A stretch of DNA of 63,194 nt, the filler included, from Octopus bimaculoides (Eukaryota): NCBI RefSeq assembly GCF_001194135.2. It is 7 parts of 5 records of this genome, joined end to end, with 100 filler letters (N's around TTAATTAATTAA, not from the genome) between each part and the next. Parts side by side here need not be neighbours in the genome. Positions count along the whole stretch, not along the records: positions 1 to 31,552 come from NC_068996.1; 6 more parts are not named here. One strand, 5' to 3'. A program made the translations under genes and the position numbers. Position 1 is the first letter of the stretch. Every line of letters begins with the position of its first letter. Below, in pieces: positions 1 through 12,792 of this stretch. Below the pieces are notes generated by a model. The model was not told the origin of the DNA. It did not search any database and saw only the letters and a program-made list of their open reading frames with translations.

Positions 1-89
1 CCAGTCCGGGATTCGAACCCGCAACCTCATGATTGTAAGCTCGATGCTCTAACCACTGAGCCATGTGCCTACACAAACACACACATGCT

Positions 90-422
90 GAGACCCCCTT
101 CGGTCATGACTGACCATGGGATTGCACCTAGAAAGTTACCCTCCGAGGCACAAGTCCGGGCAAAGTTGTTTTTATGGAAGACCAGCAGTCGCCCATGCAT
201 ACCAGCCTCCCCTCTCCATGCCACTGATGTTATCCAGGAGAAAGGCAAATGCTGATACAGCTTGACACCTGTGACATCGCAACTCATTTCTACAGCTGAG
301 TGAACCGGAGCAACGTGAAATGAAGTGTCTTGCTCAAGAACACAACACGCAGCCCAGTCCGGGATTCGAACCCGCAACCTCATGATTGTAAGCTCGATGC
401 TCTAACCACTGAGCCATGTGCC
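90..422 (-). mobile_element. tRNA-derived SINE, one complete unit, followed head-to-tail by the head of a second identical copy (1-69) that runs off the window
   Basis: The minus strand reads GGCACATGGCTCAGTGGTTAGAGC (A box) ... GGTTCGAATCCC (B box), then the body and a GGGGGTCTC tail. Positions 1-84 repeat exactly at 354-437 (period 353). Confidence 0.8.
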
Positions 423-1262
423 TACACAAACACACACACACAGGCTCCCTTGATTGTGGTGTTAGTGGTGGTGGTGGTGCTGCTGCTGTATGGCTATAAG
501 TATTTGGAAATAATTTTACTGTAAATGTGAAGTTATTTGTAAATATGATACACTATCATTGACCTAAATTGGAATGACCTCTGTGAGGGAGTTGGGTGAA
601 ATTAAATGCTTCTCACTACACATTCTTTCTCTCTTTCTCTTCTTTCTTACTCCTTTTTGCTATCCTTTCTCTTTCTTTCATTCTCTCTTTCCCCACTCAC
701 ACGTATATCCTATGATGTGTTGAAACTAGGGTTGGGTGATAATTTAAATCTTTTTTAGTAAGGTGATAAAAAGCACATTTATCTTGGCTGTTTAGCAAGG
801 ATATCTAATCTACTTCAGTTTCTTTATTTTATTTTCTGCCTTTTTTTTTTTTTATTTTCCTTCAACTTAGTAGTGTGTTAGGGTGGTGTTGATAGTATTC
901 TACCCTGGGGGGAAGCATACTGCTGGAAAGTACTCTAGAAATTCTATATGATTCAGAATTGCAACACTAGCCTGTAATGGACTTGGAACATTGGAACAAA
1001 ATAAAAAATACATATTAAAATATAGAATCTCTAAAAGAAAATATGTTCTGTAGATTAAAATAAATGTGACTTGGTGAATATTGTGTGTGGTGTTTGTGTG
1101 TTTAATTTGGTTCTTCTCGAAATTCTTTGAAAACAACCCAACTTGCTAACTTTTGGGTTGTTGTTGCTGTAATTGTCTTTTAACCCCAGGATAATCTATG
1201 ACTAAAGGTATTCTAACAATGATCATGCCATCCTTTTAGAGTTATCCAATGCATTCTTCCTT

Positions 1263-1990
1263 TTTAACTCTTTTGTTATATTTCTGTTGAAGTACACTTC
1301 TTTTGTGTCAATAAATTTTGGAAATACTGAAGAATTTATTAAAATAACTTTGTTATTATTAAGCTGTTGTTTGGAACATAAATTAATATGGAACTTGTAT
1401 GGAAGGTTTCAATTCAGATTATGTTGAAACAGGAATTTGGGTTGATAATTAGAATGTCTTATTTGACATGTGGCTGTTCAATTTAATCTTGCTTAGAGAT
1501 TGATGTCTTCTTAATCAATTCAAGAAATGGTATTCTACAAATGAGGTGGAACATACAATTTCTTGTAATCCAGACCGTCTCATGGTCCTAGCAGCAGATA
1601 AAAGGGAAAAGGCATTGGCCCAGAAGATGACAAGGGAGATATACTGGAACAGCCACCCTGACTCACCGGGCTCGCACCTGCAGATCGCTATCTCCACCCT
1701 GATAGTGGTCAGCAAAGATATGGTCTGGCAGCTGAGAACACTGGAGGTCTCCATTACAACAGGCTCAACTAATCCAAACTTAGTTTAATCCTTTGGAAAC
1801 CAACCCTCTGAAATTTCTCCTGGTTCTGTGATACAAGCTTTTTGTTTTAAAGTGGTGTAAATTAAAATCTTCCATTAAGATTTCGTGTTAATTTCTGTTC
1901 CAAATATCAGCTTCAAAGCAGCTCCATTATTTTACTAAATTCATTATTTTCAAAATACATTAAAACAATTACTAAGTACTTCAATGACTT
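1263..1990. mobile_element. Degenerate palindromic MITE-like element (two inverted AT-rich arms about 1263-1440 and 1835-1990)
   Basis: The arms are approximate reverse complements (e.g. GTTTGGAACATAAATTAA vs TTAATTTCTGTTCCAAA). The same family recurs at about 15400-15800. Confidence 0.5.
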
Positions 1991-2780
1991 TTTTCACTCA
2001 TTGAACTGCAGTGATGCGGAGGCATGAAGGATTTAATCAAACAAATTGACTCCAGTACTATTCTATTGGTCTTTTGCCAAACTACTAAGTTATGGGGATG
2101 TAAACAAACCAACACCGGTTGTCAAGCAGTAGGGGTAGGGTACAAACACAAACTAGCACAAAGGTACGAACACATAGATATGATGGGCTTCCACACAGTT
2201 TCCATCTACCAAATTCACTCAGAAAAGCATTGATCAGTCCAGGGATATAGTAGACTAGTGCTGTGCAAGGGAACCGAACACAAAATCATATGGTTGCAAA
2301 GTGAGCTTACTGCTGTACTTGTTCCTTTGCATAGGGTATGCTTAAGTATTAAAATTATTATAAGAGATTCAAAATATCCTCTTGGATATTTTGTTGTACT
2401 AAGGCTGGTAAGTTCAGTTTTTCCATTATTGAAACCCATCTTCACAGCCTTGTTAATGGTTGTAATTGTCCCCTCTCATGTCTGTTGCCAATATACTTAA
2501 TGTTACTTGGTTCAGTTTTCACTTAGTTACTAATAAGCAATATCCATTTATAACTAAGACCATTATATATTGACTTTTTTTTTTTTTTTTTTTGTAAACT
2601 GCAATTTGGAAGCTCAAATCCGCCCCCTCCTGCTGGAAAATGGAGAAGAGAATTCAGGGGATACCACTCCGGAGTATTTTTTTTTGCCTCTACAAGAGTG
2701 ATATCCTAAAAATTCAGAATGCTAGAGATAATTCTTTACAATCAATAACCTCATTTATTAGGTGATACACACTCACAGTT

Positions 2781-2782
<2 letters not shown>

Positions 2783-2815
<33 letters not shown>

Positions 2816-3287
2816 CACACTTACATATGGCCACACTCACATTTGTGTATCCACATGCTTACACACTCATATCACTCTCACACATATTCTCTTGCACTCA
2901 CAAACACTTTCACATTCACTCTGTCAGTTTCTGGCACTCACCCACTCTCACACTCACCCACTCTCACACTCACCCACTCTCACACTCACCCACTCTCACA
3001 CTCACCCACTCTCACACTCACCCACTCTCACTTTCTTTCTCTAACGCACACGCGCATTCTATCTAACATGCACACGCGCATTCTCTCTAACACGCACACA
3101 CATTCTCTCTCTAATACACACACACACACACACACATTCTCTAATACACACACACACACACACACACACATTCTCTCTCTAATACACACACACATTCTCT
3201 CTCTAATATACACACACACATATTCTCTCTAATACACACACACATTCTCTCTCTCTCTAACACACACACACAGATTCTCTCTCTGTA

Positions 3288-3333
<46 letters not shown>

Positions 3334-3420
3334 TTTCTCTCTCTCTCTCTAATACACACGTTTTCTCTCTCTAATACGCATACACACACACACATTTTCT
3401 CTCTCTAATACACACATACA
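2783..3420. repeat. Compound simple-repeat tract: (CA)n, a 16-bp minisatellite CACTCACCCACTCTCA (about 6 copies, 2935-3030) and (TC)n-TAA-(CA)n units
   Basis: Seen directly. It explains the HT/CV-rich spurious ORFs. Confidence 0.95.
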
Positions 3421-4003
3421 CATCATGCTATTTTATCAATTTCTCTGTTGCTGCTACACATCCAAATTAGGTGCCAATCTTTGCTCCTTGTTCCTTTTTT
3501 TTTTTTACTTAGAATCCTCTTATGGTGTGGTCTTTAATCTAATTACTTTACCATTTGCTGCACCTGATTTGGAATCTTTTGGATGATGCTGTGAAAGGTA
3601 GAATGAACTAGTGTGTGTGTGTTGAAGAGGAGAGGAGGTAACAAAGGATATGGTGAGGAGGGGGAAATAAGTGTGTGTGTGTGTGCGTGCGTGCGCGCGC
3701 GCGATATTAAAGACCAGTTATATTTGTTGATTTCCAGTTGGAATATGATTCCCATGGGACAATATCACATTCCAACTTTGCAAATTGACGGAGAATATTG
3801 AAATTCTTCAGGGGTACTTTTATTTCTTTATATATCTAGTTCAGATTTGTCTTTTAGCAAGTTTAAAATAACACATACACATAAACATCCATCTGCACAC
3901 ACACACATCCAACTGTATATACACAAGAACATTCAGCTGTACACACAGCTGTTCTCTCTAAGAATGGCTCTCTCTCTCTCTCTCTCTCTCCCTCTCCTCT
4001 CTC

Positions 4004-4041
<38 letters not shown>

Positions 4042-4051
4042 NNNNNNNNNN

Positions 4052-4096
<45 letters not shown>

Positions 4097-5940
4097 AAAG
4101 GCACACACATACAAGCACATGTACACACTCCTTGTCTACCCTACATGAGATTGATGTGTTCCGTAGGTAGAGGTGGTTAAAAATGGAGATTCTTCATGTC
4201 CTCAACATTCTGGGATGTTTCTTTTACTCAATCCAAAACTCGTCAGAATTGCACGGAGTGTATTGCAGCAACTTTGCAATAAGTCATTCATAACATGTTG
4301 ATTAGATTTAGCCAATTTTACAAACCTTTCCAACAAACACCATTATTTCCAGGAATTGTACACCCATCCAGTTATTATATGATTTCATCTTCGGGGTGAG
4401 CTAGCAGAATCATGAGCATGCCAGACAAAATGCTTAGTGGTATTTTTGTCTGTCTTTATGTTCTTAGTTCAAATGCTGCTGGGCTCAACTTTGCTTTTCA
4501 TTCTGTTGGAGTCAATGAAATAAGTGCCAGTTGAGGACTAGGATTGATGTAATCAACTAGTCTCCTCTTTTGAAATTTCAGGCCTTGTACCTATAATACA
4601 GAGGATTATACAATTCCATTTTCCAGAAGATGTTTGAAGAACAGTGCTAGATACAAAATAAATGTGTGTCCAAGGGTCTAGGGCAGTGGTTTATAACCCT
4701 TTTATTTAAATGAGTTTTCTCACGGACCCCCTTTTAATATGTTTATCTTTATATACATATTTTGAATTTAGTTCACAGACCTCCAATACTACTTTTGCAA
4801 ACCACCAGGGGTCTGCAGACCCCAGGTTGGGAACCACTGGTCTAGTGAATTGAGTATTGGATTTGTATGATCTTGAGGTTGTTATTTCAATTCCCAGGTC
4901 AGATAGTGCATTATATTCTTGAGCAAAACACTTCATTTCGCATTACCCTAGTACACTCACCTGGAAAAAATTACCAAAACAGTTGGTGATTAACCCTATG
5001 ATGCACTGAAATGAACTATTTAGGAGGAAAGTCTTGCACATTCTTTCATTCATATATGATGGAAACTAGAATAAACTTTGGTTTAATGAGCCTGTAGATT
5101 CGTGATTGATTTAAGAGCTATGTTAAATACATCAAGAGTACTTTTAAATCTGGTTTGGAGAGCAGTATTTGCCATGTCAGATTACAAGTTATCCCGTTTG
5201 ACTGGCAGCATTAGATATATTTGAGGACTATCAACCCAATTCTGTACATGGTAGTAATCCATACTTAATTTGAAGTGGTTTATTGTTAGCTTAACATTGA
5301 ATCTTTCTAAGTTGTAGCACAACCTTCAGTTTGCAGTGGCTGGTGTTAGGAAGGGCATCTAGCTGTAGAGACCATGCCAAAGCCAACATTGGAACTCAGT
5401 GCAACCCTATGGCTTGTTGGTTCCTGCTGTTCCTTCCCAACCCCAGTCAGCATGAAAACATTAAATGATATGACTTGAAGTTGCCATTACTACTTGAAAA
5501 AACTCACATGTTCCACCCTCTTAATAAAGAAGAGTATGCATAATGCCAGATAGTGACTCCTTAAGAAGACAATATGTTCATTGTTGGCATGCCTTTAGCC
5601 ATGGGTCCACTAGATTAGGGCTGGCCTGGGGTTAAAGAACAAACACATGCATATTCACTTGTGGCCTCACAAGCATGCACACTGACACACAGTCACTCCT
5701 CTTTGTTTCTTCCTTTCTTTCTACCACTCTTTCTCTCTTTTGCCCCCACCTCCTCCATTTGTCTTTGTATTTCACACTTTTCCACCACATCTCTCTCTCC
5801 CTCCTCTCTCCCTCTTTCTATCTGTTCTCTTTCTCTTTCTCCCTCTCTCTCCCCACAGTTCTGCCACTACTATCATCCAACAAACACTCTTGTGTATGAA
5901 TATTCTATATCCATGTATGTATTGTGAGATTACACATATG

Positions 5941-6384
5941 CATGCACCACATGTACACACCCACACCCACATGTACACACCTACACCCACATGTACACAC
6001 CTACACACACATGTACACACCCACACACACATGTACACACCCACACACACATGTACACACCCACACACACATGTACACACCCACACACACNNNNNNNNNN
6101 ACACATGTACACACCCACACACACATGTACACACCCACACACACATGTACACACCCACACACACATGTACACACCCACACACACATGTGCACACCCACAC
6201 ACACATGTGCACACTCACACACACATGTGCACACTCACACACACATGTGCACACTCACACACACATGTGCACACTCACACACACATGTGCACACTCACAT
6301 ACACACGTGTGCACACTCATGCACACGTGCACACACACACACACACAGGCACACACACACACACATGTGCATACTCACACACAC
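5941..6384. repeat. 20-bp minisatellite (ACACATGTACACACCCACAC and variants)
   Basis: Direct tandem array of about 20 units with a small N gap inside. Confidence 0.95.
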
Positions 6385-6669
6385 NNNNNNNNNNNNNNNN
6401 NNNNNNNNNNNNNNNNNNNNNNNNNNNNNNNNNNNNNNNNNNNNNNNNNNNNNNNNNNCTCTTTAGGGTCTTTTTTTTTTTTTTATAAATTGTCATTATC
6501 GGAAGAAAATCTATTTTATTTCTTGTTTTAAGTACCGTCACTGAATGGTTTGTTGTCTTGTTGAGAAACGAAGATTCCATTTATGTCAGCCTGCAGACAT
6601 GATTATTTTTTTTTTACTCTCTATTTATGAACAAAGAACCAAAATTGCAAAACCAACAGTCTGCCATCG

Positions 6670-6716
<47 letters not shown>

Positions 6717-7128
6717 GTCATCCTCATTGAAGGTGGCGAGCTAGCAGAATCATAAGCACACCAGAAAAAATGCTTAGAGGCATTTTGTTCTGAGCTCAGA
6801 TCCTGCCAAGGTTGACTTTACCCTTCATCCTTTCAGGGTCGATAAAATAAGTACCAGTTGAACACTGGGATCAGTGTAATTCACTTATCTTTGCCCCTGA
6901 AGTTGCTGGCCTTGTGTCAAAATTTGAAACCATTACTACTACTACTACTACTACTACTACTATGACCAGTGTTGCTATTATCATTATTATTTAATTAAAA
7001 ACAAGAGTTCTTTGTTAATTTACCATGTAATATTTGCCTGAATCTTGAGTTCTACAAGCTTTACCTGTTCTGGTATTATAGGACTCTTGTTAGTTCCAAT
7101 GCAGGATCTGAATGTGTAGACCTATGAA

Positions 7129-7165
<37 letters not shown>

Positions 7166-7910
7166 ATAAACATATACTCTGTTGGATGTGCAATGTCAGT
7201 TTACATGTGCAATAGAGCGCTAGTGTATTGAGGGAAAAGCTAGGCATAACAGGAAATAAATGCAGTGTACAAGAGTGAAGATTGCACTAGTTGGTCAAAA
7301 CAGATAACTGGAATCTGGTGCCGCTTGCCAGCTCTAGCCAAACCGACCCACACATGCCAGCATAGGAAACATCTTAAATGATGTTTATCACGCACAGTCA
7401 TCATTATCATCATTTAATGCTGGCATAGGTCAGATGGTTTGACAGGAGCTGGATAAAGCAGAGGATTATGTCAGACTCCACTGTTAGGTATCTAGCCATA
7501 GAAACCATGCCAAAACTTTTAGGAAAGGTATCTAGCCCAGTTTACAGTGTGTACTGGGTGCTTTTTTTATGAGGTTACCAAATAACTTGCAAGACAAAGA
7601 CTTCTCAACTGAAGTGGGGAATTGTATTGAGGGAAGTGGCTTTGTGCCAGGTGATGAGAGGGACAGAAATTGCTGTCTCTGACAATGAGGGGGATACAGG
7701 GCTACACCATTTGGAAAAGGAGAAAAAGGTAGCAAGAGAGAGAGAAAGGGGGGGGGGGAAGTGATGGTAAAGATGTACTCTTAAGTTACAGGGAAGTGTA
7801 TATAAATGATGCAGTAGAGGATTGGATCATGTGAGTGGGCAGGTAAGTTCACAAGAATGTGAAAGGAATGTGGGAGATGGAGGGGAGGGGAATGCAGTAA
7901 ATGTGGGTGT

Positions 7911-8770
7911 ATACAGGTATTTTTTGTAACCTCGATTTTCAAAACCTCATGTTTACAAATTGTAAATGCAAAATGGAAAAATTGGTTACCATGGCAAAGA
8001 GTGTCACTGTTTGTCTGGCAGCACCTGTTACCTCGAGTGATCACTTGCAACTGCTTTGTGAATTTGAAGAAACTTTTCCTCACCAATTAGATTTGATTGA
8101 AGAAGAAGGCTTTATACCGTCTCAAGTATTTAATGTGGATGAGACAGCCCTATTTTGGAAATGAATGCCTTCAAAGACTTTTATTGAGAAAGCAAAATCT
8201 TGAATACCAGGATTCAATGCTGCAAAAGATAGGATGACGTTGCTTCTGGGAGGAAATAGTGAAAGAGACTGCAAATTCAAGGCCATGCTTATTTATCGAT
8301 CTGAAAACCCCTGTGCTTTAAAAGGAATTGATAAGACAAAACTTCCTGTAATCTGGAAGCATAACAATAGACCTTGGGTGACAGAAACTAAATTTGAAGA
8401 TTGGTTTCCTAATCACTTAAAATATTGTAAGGATAAGAAAATCCTTTTCAAGGTTCTTTTGATAATGGATAATACCCCCAGTCTTGCTGCATTTTTGAAG
8501 CATCGCCATCAAAATATTAATGTTGTTTTTTTTTACCTCACAATACAACTTCTTTATTGCAGTCTATGGATCAAGAAGCTTTTTCATCATTTAAATCTTA
8601 CTGTCTCCGTTTCACTTTTGAAAGACTCATCAAAGCTCCGATGGATGTGTAATGTCAGTATGCATACCAGACAGCATTTGAAAATAAGATAACTTACAAT
8701 TCTGTTACACCATTTGATATTGGAAGTAATGGCTTTCAAATATAATAAGGGTTGGACAGCATGGAAGCTC
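7911..8770 (+). mobile_element. pogo/Tigger-family DDE transposase remnant (pseudogenised)
   Basis: Translation gives EEGFIPSQVFNVDETALFWK*MPSKTFI...AKDRMTLLLGGNS...KFKAMLIYRSENP.ALKG...LPVIWKHN...WVT...FEDWF...KVLLIMDNTPS, the typical DDE_1 motifs. It contains stops and frameshifts. Confidence 0.9.
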
Positions 8771-9252
8771 AAATAGAAGTAACATCAAATATTACTTGAT
8801 AGGCATTTCATTATTGGATGATAAGCAGCATTTAGAATGTTGTTTCATCTAATAGTGTGCTGAAAGATTAAAGAATATACAAGATTTATACAACATATTT
8901 CTGGATCATGCATCTAAGGGAGATAATTTGCTTATCTGTCTCAAAACATTCTTCAACAGAAAGACATGAAGCGGATATAACAGTGAAATTATAAGTGTTA
9001 TAATAATTAGACCTGTCTTGTCTCTAGAACTGAAAGGGAAAATGCAAGAAATTAAATTAATATTCACAATTCATAAGTAAAAACCTATTTGCAAACTGTG
9101 GTCTATCTGTACCAATTTCTCTGTTCTTGGAGTTAGCAAAATAATCACTTGTTGTCTACAAAATATTGTGGATATAGTTAGAAAAACCAGATATCCTATT
9201 AATTCTGAGTCAAACATTTATTTTGATTTATTGTTGTTGTTGTATTCTTCAG

Positions 9253-9350
9253 GTGGTATGCAGCGAAGTATTGTTGGAGTTGCAGGTGATAGTGCTGGTG
9301 GAAACATTGCTGCAGCTGTTTGTCATGAAGTCCCAGGAATAGCTTTTCAG
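9253..9350 (+). CDS. Internal exon (phase 1 to 0) of an HSL-family alpha/beta-hydrolase (Abhydrolase_3 carboxylesterase, AADAC/NlhH-like); carries the nucleophile elbow
   Basis: ttcttcAG|GTGGTATG...TTTCAG|GTaaac. Encodes GGMQRSIVGVAGDSAGGNIAAAVCHEVPGIAFQ with the GDSAGG motif. Confidence 0.93.
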
Positions 9351-10823
9351 GTAAACAATCATAATTGCAACTTGGCCTTTCTTTTCTCCACCTCCATCCA
9401 TTATTGTGATTATCCAGTTGTAGTCAAGTGCATTTGTCATTTCCCTTATTGTTTTCATCATCATTGCCTTCATTGTTGTCGTTCACTTTTCCGTATATGA
9501 GTCAAATAGAATCTGTTAAAACAGATTTTCTATTGCTGGATACCTTTTCTATTACCAAGCCTCACCTGTTTCCAGGCAAGGTAATATTTCTCCATGATCA
9601 GATATGTTTTACAGAGAAAACTGGATACAAATGACATCACTTGTTTTATGATGATGGTGATTGTCCTGATATCACTTAGTTTAAACAAACACACACGGAA
9701 TGGCAGAATTGTTAATTATTAATTCTATTATTAATTGACGATTCTCTGCCCTTATTCTTGTATATTTATATTTGATATCTCTAAGTTGGATGGCTAAACC
9801 GTAATCCAGTTTCGACACGGAACTTTTTTTCATACGGGACTATTTGTGACGCACATGGAATAGATTTCTTTGAGGTGAGGTGCCTGAACTCGCTAGCCGA
9901 TGAATTCGTAAGTGCCTTTCTTATCGTTGATTTTTGGTGTCGCATGGCCAAAGATTACCGTGAATTTTTTTAGAGACACTTTCAAATTTATCAGAATATT
10001 GAGGCTGAAGATTGGAATAGTGAAATTTCTATTCACTTAACCATGAAACGATTCGTATCCAATTAACTAAAAGCTTGGCTTGTTTACGCTTTTCCCTCCG
10101 GTTTTTTGTTCTATGTGTGCCATAAATATCGCCATCCACTTTGGAGAAAATTTGTAGTTTGGAATCAGTAGTTCTTTGNNNNNNNNNNNNNNNNNNNNNN
10201 NNNNNNNNNNNNNNNNNNNNNNNNNNNNNNNNNNNNNNNNNNNNNNNNNNNNNNNNNNNNNNNNNNNNNNNNNNNNNNNNNNNNNAATGGCAGAATTGTT
10301 AATTATTAATTCTATTATTAATTGACGATTCTCTGCCCTTATTCTTGTATATATATATATATATATGACAGTCTAAATGATTTAAGAAGAAAACTGGGTA
10401 TAAGAGGCATCAGATGTTGTGTGCAAGAGAGATGACTGCACTGGTTTGGTCCTCTAATGTGTATGGATGAAGACAGCTGCAGAAGGAAGTGCCGAGTTTT
10501 AATTGTGGAGGGTACCTGTGGAAGGGGTGGATCCAGGAAGATGTGGAACGAAGTGGTGAGAAAGGATAAAATCGCTGTCTTCTACACATACAGGCTTGTC
10601 CTTTGGGTGCCTGTGCCACTTAAAAAGCACCTGTGTTGGTGCTGTGTTAATGCCCTTATACTGGTAGGGTGTAAAAAGCACTCAGTACACTCCGTTAAGT
10701 GATTGGCATTAGGAAGGGCATCTAGCCTTAGACACCATGCCACAACAGACAACTGGAGACTTGGATAGCTCCATGTCAAACTGTCCAACCCATGCTGGCA
10801 TGAAAAGCAGACATTAAACAATG

Positions 10824-10859
<36 letters not shown>

Positions 10860-11224
10860 CTCAAGTTCTAACAGCAGGTTATTAATATCACTTGACTGAA
10901 GTGAAATCTTATATGTTAACTACAAAAGAATTTATATCCTAAAACCACAGTGCTGGGGCCATGTAAAAAGCATCCTGTACATTTTGTAAAATAGATTGCA
11001 TTAGGATGGCCACTCAACTGTAGGAACCAAGTTAAAATAGATTACGGAACCTGGTGCAGCCCCTGACCTTGCCAGCTCCTGTCAAACCAACCAGTCAGCC
11101 CCTGCCAGAATTGAAAATAGATGTTGAATGATGATGATGGTGATATATGAAAAGATTTATATCTAATGACTGGTGTAGCTGCATCATAGTCAACTGCTAC
11201 AAAGATACAGAAGTAATTAAAGAG

Positions 11225-12400
11225 CTATCAGATTAGTGGGCCAGGTCATAAAAGTTATAGCTCAATGAATAAAGAGTCGACCTAGGTGGGATGCAATTAG
11301 ATTTCATGCCAGGGAGAAGCATTGCTGATTTTAACTTCCTAATAAGGCAACTACAGAAGAAGCATTTAGCCAAAAATAAACTGTTGTACATGACATTTGT
11401 TGTCATGGAGAAAGCCTTTGACAGGATCCCTCACTTACTCATCTACAGAAGCCAGAGATGGCTGATGAGATCCATTCAAGCCATTTATAGGAATATTATC
11501 AGTAAAATAAGTCAGCAATGAATTAAGTGTTCAAGTAGGAGCTCACCAAGGCTTGATTCTCAACACCCTCTTGTTTACCATAGTTCTCCAGGCCATAACA
11601 GAGGACTTTAATCATTTGTTATCCATAAGAGCATCTCTGTTGATGTTCTTATTCTTACAGCTGAATCTATAATAGGAGAAATAACTGGCCTTGCTCAAAA
11701 ATGTTGGAAGAAATTCCGTTCACAGCGCCCAGTGCAGGCTATGGACACATAAGAGATGCAGTGTAATTGCAGGTAGGTTAACACAGGAAGTCATTTTTGT
11801 ATGCGACAGATGTGCAAGAAGAATAAATACTAAGAATTACTTGGCAATTAAACTCTCTCAAATGCTCAGACAGCTCCCTCAAGGTTGTAGATAGTTTATG
11901 TTACCTAGGTAACCAAGTTAGCAGTGGTGGAGGATGTTGCTAGAATAAGAATAGAAAGGAGAAAGTTTAGATAGCTATTACCTTAGTTGGCAACAAAAGG
12001 ACTCTGAGTGAAAGGTAGACTGAATGCTGCTTGTGTATGAACAATTATGCTCCATGGTAGTGAAACATGAGCTCTGAATGCAGAAGGCATGTATAGACTA
12101 GAGAGGAACAAAGATAGTATTCTCAGATGGATGCACAACATCAGTGTGCATGTGCAACAAAGTACAAATGTGTAGAGAGAAAAGTTGGGCATAAGAGGAA
12201 GCAGATGCAAGAGAGAAGACTACATTTGTTTGTACATGTGATGTGTATGAATGAAAGCAGCCAATCACTTAAAGTGAATGTTACCTGTGGAACAGGGAAA
12301 CCCAGGAAGACATGAGATGAAGAAGTTTTGTCTGAAGATGTTGGGTCTCATGGAAAGGATGACAATGGACCAAGATGTCTGATATGAGGTCTTTGGAAAG
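11225..12400 (+). mobile_element. Heavily degraded RTE LINE fragment (RT to C-terminus)
   Basis: MQLDFMPGRS..., MEKAFDRIP and LWTHKRC...FVCDRC match the better copy at 15854-19490. Confidence 0.85.
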
Positions 12401-12744
12401 ACCCACCCATCTCAGTGAAGCTTACTTCTGGAAGTACTGTGTTTTCCACCTACCTGTAACATTAATTGCTTCTTCATGCACTGTGTTTGTCTCCTCCTCC
12501 TCCTCCCCACCCACTCTCACTTCTGCAGCCCAGTACTGCTCTGTCATCTTTCCCTCCTGTTCTCCCTCTGCCAACTGTATCATTGCTATCTGTCACCCAC
12601 ACTATGTGCCCATATGTCATCACTCACTGACTACCCCCTTTCACCTTTTTGCACCTTCATGAACTCCCTACTGATGCATCTGAGCAATCCTCTAACATTC
12701 CATTTATATTTACATCGTTGTACCTTGAGAGTATATTCCCACCA

Positions 12745-12792
<48 letters not shown>

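Noticed and set aside
354-422. tRNA-like sequence with A and B boxes (loop CTTACAA)
   Set aside because: The anticodon and acceptor stems do not pair and it continues into a SINE body. It is a SINE head, not a tRNA gene.
3672-3703. Alternating (GT)n(GC)n potential Z-DNA (also about 50580-50605)
   Set aside because: This is commonplace microsatellite drift in this genome, with no contextual evidence of function.
2762-6531. Long His/Thr-, Cys/Val- and Ser/Leu-rich ORFs
   Set aside because: They are translations of CA/TG/TC micro- and minisatellites. The same applies to similar ORFs at 32-33, 47, 49, 55 and 59 kb.
9168-9500. 110-aa ORF as a stand-alone esterase gene
   Set aside because: Only 9253-9350 is homologous and it is bounded by AG/GT. 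The rest is intron read-through.
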